This document shows positions 17,549-32,121 of a stretch of DNA of 64,000 bases, piece by piece. The translations under genes were made by a program, and so were the position numbers. A model generated the notes under the pieces. The model searched no databases, was not told the DNA's origin, and saw only the letters and a list, made by a program, of their open reading frames with translations. Origin of the DNA: Euglena gracilis. Lineage: Eukaryota. Every line of letters begins with the position of its first letter. Within the stretch, counting starts at the first letter, position 1. The stretch spans positions 25,556,954 to 25,620,953 of the forward strand of contig CP154954.1 of NCBI GenBank assembly GCA_039621445.1, given 5' to 3'.

Positions 17549-20500
17549 CCAGGGTGGGTGGATCCACGACAGTTCTGCGGAGAGCATAATGTACAAGGAA
17601 TTTTTAGGGGTAGGGTGGGCGGGTCTGCCGAGACCCCTCTCCCCGGAGGTTACCCCCAAGCAGCCAGAGGCACCACCAGTGGGGTTTTCGCCATCTTTGT
17701 TCTTTTTTTTTGGCACGAGGTGCCAAATTTTTTTGACCCCAAAGTTGACCCCAAAAAGCGGGAATCCCAGCTTTTAGGTTCATTTAACACATGTGCATTG
17801 CGCGTTGTGTGGGTGTGTGATCACTCCCCCCCCCCCCGGGTGTTGGTGGTGGTGCTGGTGGTAGTGGCTGCGGAGTCTTGTTGCTGTTGTTGTCGTTGTT
17901 ACGCCGTTGTTCTTGTTGCACCATGAATCCATACATTGTCAGGTCTTTTTTTTTTAAGGAACAGGGGGATCGGTTGTCCACCCACCCCCCGGGGGAGGGG
18001 GGTCTGGGGACCCTAACCAACCCACCCACTCTCGAAAATCCACCCCCACCACCACCACCATTGGTAACAATCACAGTTTTGATCAACGTTGTCCTTATCA
18101 AAGAATCCTGTTTTCTACACAGGATTCTTTTGACCATTGGTACGACAGGGCGCTTGCCCCCCCCCCCCCCAGGGCGCTTGGCTCCCCTCCTCCTCACATA
18201 CAAACTTGGCCCCCTAAGGTTGGGAAGCAGGTGTTGCCATCATCTTAACGTAATTGAATTTGAGAATTTTTTCGCCGAGGGAACTCTCTTTTCCAAACCT
18301 CACATTGTTTTGATATCTCCACATCCAAGTTTTCTTTTCTCCCTCATATTAACCCGTTTTTTTTATGTTTTTTGGTTTTCTTGCAACCGATATAAAAAAA
18401 TGAGCATTGCAGGCTGATCCTGCACTCAGCAAAGGAAGGAGTGGAGCTTTGGGGGATATCTCCTCCCTCGCAGGCAAGGGCACGCCGTCATGTTTGCGGC
18501 AAAAAAAATGTTGCAAGTATTTTGTTGCACGGGCAGCTCCATGGTCTGCCCTTATCTGCCACTCCTCTGCAAATCTCTACTGGCATACATTTCCTCAATG
18601 GCACTTATTTGAATCACAGGTGCAAGTTTCACCAAGTCCACCGTCTGCCAAGGGGAGGTATAGCACTGTTTTTTTTTTGCATTTGGCAGTGTGCTAGTGA
18701 CAGCTGCAGCGTTGGTACGGAGGAAGGTCTTTTTTTTGGACACATGTTGGAACCAATTGTCCAATGTAACTGACCCAGGATCCACAGTCCAAAATCAAAA
18801 TTTTCTGGATATTTTTGTCTTCTCCTGTGCATTTCACATGTTAGGGTTCGCCCGACCTTTGCCAACACAGGGATTTCTGAACCTTGAATCAGATTGCCAC
18901 CCTTGCCCCAAGGGCACCCTTTTTTGTGGCATATGCAGCAGCAACAAGGACTGTCTGCCCGGTGCCCATTGCACTGGACGCTGCCAGCCCGCCTTCCCCA
19001 CCCACTGTGTGGATGGCTCACACCCATGGATTCATTACAAACCTGCGTGACCCCCCCTGGGGGTTTTCCAAGAGTGGGTGGGTGGGTGGGTTAGGGTCGC
19101 TGGACTCTCCCCCCCCCCCCAGGGGTGGGTAGGGCAGTTGTTCAGATTTTTGCCCACCGAATGTCGGCCGGAAAATTTCGGCCGATTTTGGCTGGGTTTT
19201 GAGTGGGTGGTTGACCCGCCTGGGGGGGGGGGGGTCGTGGGTGGGTGGGTTTCAAAAAGCTGATGGGTGGGTTGCGAGAGTTCCAGAGACCCCGGGGTAA
19301 ACTGAGTGAATCTGTGCTCACACCGATGTGGCTCCGTGCCGTTTTGGACAGCAACCTGCAACCGGAAGTATTCAATTTGGCTTCCCCAATTTCTCCCAGA
19401 AGCAGCATCCTAACGCCTTAGAAAGCTGCGAGGTGGGGTTTCCTTATTTGTCACGTTAGGAAGAGAGGTCGGCTTCCTACACCCAGCCAGGGTGAAGGAA
19501 GGTGAGCCCCCACCAGAAAGTTGTCTTCTGAATAATGCAACCAGAAAACATGCGTGGGTCCAAGGGCGGAGTGTAACCCACCTTCGGACTCTCCTCCCAA
19601 TCTCCATAGCTTCCTCTGGGATTTGATTTTTTGGTGTTTTTATGTTTCGCCTGGCAGGGTGCAAATGCACATTTTTGCAGGAGTCTTCTCTTTTTTTTTC
19701 CGTGCGAGGTAACGTGCCCCAATCGCAGGTGCAAGGTCATAATGTGGACTGCCACGTTATGACCGCACACTGAGAGTTGGTGAGAGGAAGCTGGTTGTGT
19801 AAGAGGTTTGATGCCACCGACGCTTTCACTCAAACGAGTCGCAAGGTCGCAAGGCGCGCAGGTTCGCTGGGCTGGTTTCTCTCTCTATATGCCCGATCTA
19901 CCCCATCTTCATCCAGATCCACGCGTTGTGAATGGCCGCTGTAGATCGACGGGGGTTGGTGTGCTCTTTAAAGGGCCTCTGGGAATACGGGGGGTGGGGG
20001 CAGGCAAATGGACTGACAGGAAACAGAGGTTGGCTTCTGCTCCGTTGCCCAGCTCAGCCTGTCTGGTTATTCATTTTCTTTTTTTTGTGTGCAAGAACCA
20101 GGCCAGGGTTCGATATAAGCGTTTGGTGGAGGGTGTCCCCCCCTGGACCAGAGGGGTGGTCCGGACAGACCCTGGGGGGGGGGGGCACCTGTAACCCCCC
20201 AAAAGGTCAAAATTTTCCCTGGCATTTTGCGCCAAATTTTTTTGCATTTTTGACAATTTTTTGTCAAAGAGTGCCCAAAATGGCATTTATGGCCAGTTTG
20301 GGGGATCAAAAATTTTCGGCCCGGCGCTTCGGCCAAAAATCGGTCACTGGACCGGCCACTGTTTAGGTGGGGCCCCAGGCATTATTAATTACTTGACGAT
20401 TGACGATTTGTTCTTTTCGTGGCACGCCTTTTTTGAATGCCCAGTTCTTCTTGTGTCACAAAGGGTGCTGAGATCTGCGTGAGATGTGTCGCCCTCGAAC

Positions 20501-23500
20501 AAATGTGCTGTCAGAAAGTGATGTTCTTTAAGATGGGGGGGCAGGCTTTGTCCGGGACGGGGTGATATTGTTGCTTCCCGGGAAAAGCCTGCCAAAAGCT
20601 GAAATAATCGGGGATGCAAACTACCTCTCTTCCCCCTGCCCAGGACACACCATGTCGTTGACACCTCCCCTTTTCCAGAACACTACTTGAGGCTTTTCAT
20701 TGAACGACAGTGGCGTTGAGATGCCGTGTCGTTGGCACACACACCCCGTGTCAACAGCACATAGGATGCCCCCATCCCCCCCCCCCCGGGCGCTTGGCCC
20801 GGGCCATGATTGAAGGTAAGGTAAGGTAAGGCCAGTTGGCCAACCTGTTGGGGGTCCAAATTTGCGTGTTAAGAATTTTGGTGGCCATGTGCAAAAGGCC
20901 GAAGTTAATTTTAGGCGGCCAAGTTTGCATGTAAGGAGGAGGGGGGCCAAGCACCCAGGGGGGGGGGGCAAACGTCCAGGGGGGGGGGGAGGTAATTTTG
21001 GACAAACCTCCTGCAAGGAGTTTTTTTTGGAAAAAATGCATCGTCCAAATTAGAGCCCCCTTGGGATTATTCAGCAACGGGCCAAAAAGGTGGACCGGTC
21101 CCCTGTTTTGCAGGGTTAAGGCGGGGGAGGTTCGGGGGACTCACACGGGGGGGGGGTCAATTGAGGGCTAAAACTTCCCCCGCTTCGTGCCAGGAATAGA
21201 GCAAACCATCCCTTTCAGGGGGTATTCACTTGGCCTGACCCACCCCCCCCCAACTTTTTGGAGGAAAAAACACCTATTCTGGGAGATTTTCATAGTATTT
21301 TCACAGTCTTATGTGATTGAGGAGAGTTTGAGGGGTCCAGCTTTTGGACTTTTGCTGACAATCAGTCTTTATTCAGGGGGGGGGGGACTTGTTTCGAGAG
21401 GAGGATGGCCGGGTGGGTACTAAATTCCACACCACGTTTTTCTTCTTTAATTTTGGTGATTTGGCCCTGCACTGGGTCAAATGGCGCCAAGATCGCACAG
21501 AGAGAGAGGGCGTTGTTTTTTGCCACCCTCCCAATGGCAATAGTGGGTTCTCAAAGCATTGCTAAGCCTTGGCCGGGGGAGGACAGTTTTCTTCAAGACC
21601 TTCTGTTTGAACACAATGGTGCATGTCACGGTGGACAGTTGTCGCCCACACGTGGCCAGCCGGCGTCACTTTGGGACGGGTGTGCCATAAGCAGTTTCCA
21701 TGCGTCCAGGGGAAAATGTGCAGCAAAATGTTTCATTTCTTTTCTCAGATGTATGATTTTCTTTTGCTTTTTTCTCTCTGATTTCGCGCCTGTTTCGCAC
21801 TTTTTTACTGAAAATGTACTTTTTCTGCATTAAATGTGCATTTTTTATGCCTCTTTTCCTGAGTTTTCCGAGCCCCCCCCCCCCCCCCCTGCCCCTCCAC
21901 TCCTCCTCACCCCGTGCAGCAACCACTCCAGCCACCGCACCCACCCCCATGCCCAGCCCACCAGGCGGTGGGGAACGCTGCACTGCCCGGCCTCCTCCTC
22001 CTCTCCGCCTGCCGGGTGTCGTGGGTGTGTCGGGGGTGTGGCCTGCCCCTCTGCGGCTTTGGACCGGGAGGTCTTCCTCGCCGCGGTCATTGCTGCGGAG
22101 GGGCCGCCCCGCTCCCTCTGCCATTCCTCTGCCGTGGACGACCTGCTGGCCCCCCGAGGGAGTCTGAAAGGTCAGTGCAATGGCAATGGCCGGTCTGGAC
22201 CCCAATTCTCTTCTGGGTGGGGGTATGTTGTGGGGCCAACCCTCACCCACCCCAACGCCGCTCAAAAAAACTGGATCGTTCACTCAAACTTCAGGCTTCC
22301 CCCGTTGTTTTTTTTTTACGTTGGGGCTCCAGTTCCTTCCCTCAACCTTCCCATCTTTTTTTAGGGCCGTACAAAGGGCTTTCGTTGACACTTTTGGTTG
22401 CTATTTATTTATTTATTTATTTATTTGTTTTATTTATCTATTTATTTATTTAGAGGCTGGTTTTTTACGAATACTGGGAGGATGTTGGGGGCCGCGCCAC
22501 CTGCTGGTTGATAAAATCTGACTGAAAAACGTCCTGGCTCAGAGAGCGATTCCTGGAGAGACTAATTAGACGAAACGCCCCACACCCGGGGTGTGTGGGC
22601 CGATGGGGTAGAGGCAGGGCTGCCGCAACCCCGGTGTTGGGCAAATGGGACCCCCGTGGTTTGTAGTGGCCAACCCAGTGTCAGCATACTGCCTGGTGGG
22701 CGTGCAGGGACGCTGCGGTCGTAGTCTGCGGACCCCAGCGCTCCGTGATGCGGTGGCTTCGGTCTACGCCCAAATTCTTTCCCATCTGCCAACCGTTTCG
22801 ACTATTCTCACGCATCGTTCTCGTTGGTCTTTCTTGCACAGCATTCGATGATGGCAGATGGCAGACAGCAAAATGCCCGGCAAGAGGGATGATCCCAATG
22901 CAGATGAAAAGTTGTTCAGATGCGTCATTTTTTCAGTGTTTCTTCCCCTCCAGAGGTCGCCTGACCTTTCTGAAACAGCAAGTTGTTTGACCTTTGAATG
23001 AACAATAGCAACACAGCAAATGATATTGTTATTGCCTTTCCCCAGCCTGATCCTTGTTTTGTGCGCAAAAGAAATGACTTTATCATTTTGCCTTTACAAG
23101 GCTGGCCACCCTTCATCCAGACGTTGCCACCATACAGGATTTTTTGGTCACGAAAATAGTCACGGAATTTTTTCCTTAAATTAAAAGTTGAAAATTAAAA
23201 ATTATCGTTGGATTCCTTTTTTTTTACCGCTGTCCAATTTTATGTCTTCATTTTTCAGCCCATGTACAGCTCCCGCAGGGAGGTAGCCAGCCCAAGTTTC
23301 GGGCCCTGCAACCCCCCCCCGTGGTCCTGAAAGAGATGATTGGTTGATATGCCAGTGCACAGGCATAAAAGTTTGACCATGGCTCAGGTGCTTTCACTTT
23401 CAATTAATTGATGTCAATTCATTAAACACAACCGGACAACCACATGAACGTTTAGGAGAGATTTTTGGAAGACGTTTGAGAAATTGAAATCAGGTTGCCT

Positions 23501-23624
23501 AGGTTGACGACAGGATAAATATGCCTGCACCGAGGGGTTGGACATATTTCACCGTCCTAGTAAAAAAAAAAGACGGTAAATGGCCTTAAAAGGGCCAAAG
23601 CAGTCAAAGTGGCCAGAAAACAAT

Positions 23625-23876
23625 TACCCGCCCCCCCCCCCCTGTCGTACGACCAACCCTCATTTACGACCACCCCCCGGTCACAGGTTGCAGGTCGTGG
23701 GGATGTTATGACCCCCCCCGGTCACAGGTTGCAGGTTGCGAAAAATTTACCACCACCTTACCTACGGCCGCCCCCTCATTTACGACCACCCCCCAGTCAC
23801 AGGTTGCAGGTCATGGGGGTGTTACGACCCCCCGGTCACAGGTTGCAGGAACCCGGTCGTACGACAAGGGGGGGTA
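23625..23876. mobile_element. MITE family with TA-C(n)-TGTCGTACGACC TIRs and internal GGTCACAGGTTGCAGG repeats
   Basis: Ends taccc..cctgtcgtacgacc / ggtcgtacgacaagggggggta; further full or partial copies at about 15935-16064, 16200-16355, 16568-16690, 44160-44264 (inverted) and 47392-47517. Confidence 0.8.
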
Positions 23877-24581
23877 GAAGCAATCAAAAGCATACCTAGA
23901 AGTAGCCGCAAGCCAAAAGCGGCCAAAGGTGGGTGAAATTTGGCAAAGGGGCCAAAAGTGGCCAAGAGTGGTCAAATATTGCACATGTGGGCAAATGACC
24001 AAAACTGGACAAAAGTGGATGCAGCGGATGCAGATGCTGTGGTGGATGCTGTGGATGCAGATTTCTGAGTGGATGCAGATACCGGAGGTACCACCACCAA
24101 AAGCTTCAACGGCGATGCTGGGCGATGCTGGACGAAGCTGGACGATGCTGAGCGCTGGGCGATGCTGGGCCCAAGGGCATGGCTGACCAGAGGTGCTTGC
24201 TGGTACCCCAAAGGTCAAACTTGCACTCCCCCTGCGGTTCTCAGTCACCAGACGGCATCCTGTCTGGGTGTCATTTATTGGTATTTTTTCAAAAGAGTAC
24301 CAAAATAATAATTTTAGTTTATAATAATTTTATTTTATTTTATTATTTTCTTTTCAATGGAACTGGAAACCAGCCTCCGCGGAGCCTCCACAGAGCTTTC
24401 GCGGCGGCTGCTCCAGGTAACCAAAAGCCCAGGTGGCCCTTTTTGTTGTGTTTTGTTTGTTGTGTTGTGTTTTTGTAGTTTGAGTCGAAAGGCACCCCCC
24501 CCACGGGTCGGTCAGAACGCCACTCCCCCCCCCCCGGCTGCAGACCTCACGTGCCCTCCGCCCCCCTCCCCCAGGCTGAGG

Positions 24582-28679
<4,098 letters not shown>

Positions 28680-30417
28680 CCGCCGCGCCTTCCGCTCGCC
28701 CTTCTCCCGGTGCCCTGGACCGCCCCTCCGCCTCTCTCGGGCATGCCCCGTCCTTCCCCCGTTGGTCCGCACTTAGGCGGCCGGATTCGCATTTAAACTT
28801 TTTTATGTTGATTTACGCATTTGTGCAAATGTGCGAATGTTTTGATTTCGGCTGTGAAGGTCAGGGGGGTTTGTGAAAACACGGCGACCAGAGAGTGCAA
28901 AAAATGAGCAAAATTCTGTCTTTGACGGCACGACCTCTGGGAAAAAATGGTGGTTTTGGGTGGTCCGAAAACGGGCTTTGCACGTCAAAACCCCTGGACC
29001 TTCCCTCCCCCCGGAAGCGAAAACAACACAAAAAAGCGACACAGGAATGGGACCTTTGCTGCCCTTGTTGCTCTTTTCGGCTGTCTCCCCGGGTATCCCC
29101 GAGCTGCCGGCAGTGTGTGTCCTGGGTGTTTGCCGGACTGCTTTGCTTGCGGCGCCTTGGTGTGGTGTTTTTGGTGTGTTTGTTGTTGTGTTGGTGCGTG
29201 CATTTGCGCAAATGAACACAATTTTGCCCTTCAAGGATTGGGCTTTGGCGCCCTTCAATTGACGCTGTCGATAAACGACGTGGCATAGGGGCCGTGACAG
29301 CACGGACCAGAGGGCCGTCCGGAAACATGGTCGGTTTGCCACACTGTTTGTCGACGGCGCAAGTAAATGCGCGCATGAACAAAAATGTGTTTATGCGCGC
29401 AGTTGCGCCCATCAACACAATTTGTGTTGGTGGGCGCAAATGGGTGCATAGACACAAAGAAGAAGGTCGTGACAGACACACAACCGTCAAACACCGGCAG
29501 CAGATGTGGTTCATTTGCGCATTTGCGCACATCGCATTTTTTTGTGGTGCAAATGCGCAAATGAACCGCATGAATAATTTTGTGCAAATTGCATCTGGTT
29601 CATTTGCGCATTTGTGCCCACAAAGAAAGTGATGCGCGCAAATGCGCAAATGAACCATCAATGGAGGAGTAAAAAGCGGCTCCATTTGGCCCTCCAACAG
29701 CTACCCTTAGTGGCTTCTGAATGGGTTCAACCCAAACAACCGCACCGTCTTCTTCAACGTCAGGTATTAGGGGTTAATTCTACTCTGGTGACAGGAAAGA
29801 TAGAGATAGAGGATCTCCTGAAGGTGGGTGCGCACCCAATAACGGCGCACGTCTGCTGGCACCGGTTTTAGGATCCCAAGGGCCCTGCCACTAACCAGCG
29901 GCCTGGGCTCCGCTGCTGCAGCCACATCAGCTGCCGGGCACCCACCAGACCGGAATCAACCTCCCCGATGCAACAACACCCAGCTTTAGCGACCACGTTA
30001 TTCCCCGCAACCGGGGCGTTAGACTGGTCTGACGACGTGGTGTTAGTGCGTGGCAACCGGCAGCCGGAGAAAGGTAGCCCTGAAGCACCCCATTACTTTG
30101 GGCGAAGTGGTGAACCTTTACCAATGGCTTGGTTGCATGAAAGCGGTTGGACTTGCTCCCCACAAGTTATGCACAAAAATTGGTGTGTTTTACATTTGTC
30201 GAGGGGAAAATGATGGAGAAGAACCAGAAAACGGACCCCGGCCCGAAACATCCTGGGTATTTTTTTTTCAGGTGCCAAATTTTGTCTTCTTGTGACGCAG
30301 CACTGTTGCAGGAAAGGTGTCGAACAGTCACAGGTCGTTGCACGTCATCAATTCATTACATTTAGCTTCCAGGCGAATGAGGCCAAAACAACCGGCCTTG
30401 TGGGCCGGGGAACAGCA

Positions 30418-30849
30418 GTACCCCCCCCCCCCTATGTCCAACGACCCCCCTATGTCCAATGACCACCCCCCCGGTCAGAGGACACCTTTTCGGAGGTTTG
30501 ACCAAATTTTTGGTCCCGGTGTGAAGCGCCGGGACGAAAAATTTTGCCCAAAAATTGGCCAAAAATTTGGCCAAAGTGCCATTTTTGACACTTTTTTTGA
30601 CAAAAATTTGTCAAAATTGCCCAAAATTTTCAGCGCGAAGCGCCGGAAGGGAAAATTTGGGCATTTTTGGGTGGGTTGGGTACTCATGGGGAAATTGGTG
30701 GGTACCCGGGTACCCACCAATTTTCTTTTGACCCCATGTCCAACGACCGCCCCCCCCCCCGGTCAGAGGACACCTTTTTGGTCACTACCCTATGTCCAAC
30801 GACCCCCCCCCGGTCAGAGGTTACCGGTCATTGGACATAGGGGGGGTAC
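30418..30849. mobile_element. MITE nested in the cargo element
   Basis: TIR GTAC(C)nTATGTCCAACGACC / GGTCATTGGACATA(G)nTAC; internal repeats ccccggtcagaggacacctttt. Confidence 0.8.
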
Positions 30850-30873
30850 AAATGTACACACGTAAATGCGCAC

Positions 30874-31535
30874 TGGCGAGAGCGGAACACAGCATTTACA
30901 AGGTACGTTGTGTCTGAACAAGCGAGCAAGGTTGACAGAGATGAAGAAGATACATCAGAGTATTCACTGGGAGAGTACGAAGTCGATCAGCAAGTCGATT
31001 GCGTACTGTACGAAAGAGGAAACCAGACACGGTAATCGACATGGCTGAAGAGCTTGACTTGACTGCGCCCTACGGCTGGCAGTTGGCGGTGATGAACATC
31101 ATCGCCAGGCCTGTATGCAAGAGAAGCATATACTGGTTTTGGGAACCCGACGGCAACGTTGACAAATCGGAGCTTTGCAGTTGGCTGGTGGCTAAGCATA
31201 ATGCACTCATGCTTTCGGGGAGACCAACTGATATGTATCATATGATATCCAAATTTCCGAAAAAAAGGAAGCTCATGACTATCGATCTCCCAAGATCCGC
31301 ACGAGAGTGTGTGAATTATGAAGCTATCGAACATATCAAGAACGGCCTAGTATTTAGTGGTAAATATGACAGTTGTCAGGTACAGTTTAACAGACCTCAC
31401 GTGATAGGCTTTTCAAACACAAAACCATTTACACACCAGATGAGCACAGATAGATGGTACGTCATCGATATCAGAGAACTCATGAAGAACCCGAAGTCGC
31501 ACGACGAAATAATTCAACGTAGTAAGTTAGCTTAA
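30874..31535 (+). pseudogene. rep: CRESS-DNA virus replication initiator (HUH endonuclease + SF3 helicase), 5'-truncated and frameshifted
   Basis: Motif II GTQHLQG and motif III YCTKEETR in ORF 30866-31048; frameshift at about 31031-31036. ORF 30999-31535 has YGWQ, Walker A GNVDKS, Walker B TIDLPR, IKNGLVFSGKYDS, motif C VIGFSN and arginine finger DRW. Motif I is absent. Confidence 0.95.
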
Positions 31536-32121
31536 TAGTTAGATCAAAAGAACTGTTGGTAGTATCAGCAGTAGCTACATAGGGTATAATATAACACATA
31601 TGCGCTAGACTCTCATCGTATCGTATCGTGATGCAAACTTATCAGATGTCTTCACCGTCATAGGTTTCTCACCGGTAAGCTTTGACACAGACAGATAACC
31701 AGTCAAACGCAGACTGCTCTTATTTCCTAAGGAGTTACTTCCTCGAACCCATCGGTTATTTTTCTTCTCCATGGCTAGCTCAAGCTGAGTATCAGGATCA
31801 TTTACATGACTCAAACGAACACCGAGCCAGAGGGCTCTCTGTGATTGACAGCTGGTGCACGAAATATCGTATTTGATTCCAAACACTCTGTATCCCAGAT
31901 AGAACTGAGGCATCCATTGATCGAACAGGTAGGCTTGATGACCATTGCCATCAGTGCGTGGCATGTAAATGGACGTCTGGTACTGTAAGCCCGAGTTGAT
32001 TATACTGGAATTCGCAACGTAGTGTTGGATGTCGACATAGTTGAGTTTAGTGAAAATCCTATCAGGAAGGCCGCGAGTAATATATGAGGTAGATGGACGT
32101 GCCGTAACCTTACGCCCGAAA
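31480..32121 (-). pseudogene. cap: CRESS-DNA virus capsid protein, 5'-truncated and frameshifted
   Basis: GLPDRIFTKLNYVD..SIYMP..GHQAYLFDQ..YRVFGIKY pattern seen in unclassified CRESS capsids. Removing one of three tandem ACGAT copies (about 31615-31629) restores ...RYDESLAHMCYIIPYVATADTTNSSFDLTIKLTYYVELFRRATSGSS* ending at 31480. Convergent with rep, with 3' ends overlapping by 56 nt. Confidence 0.88.
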
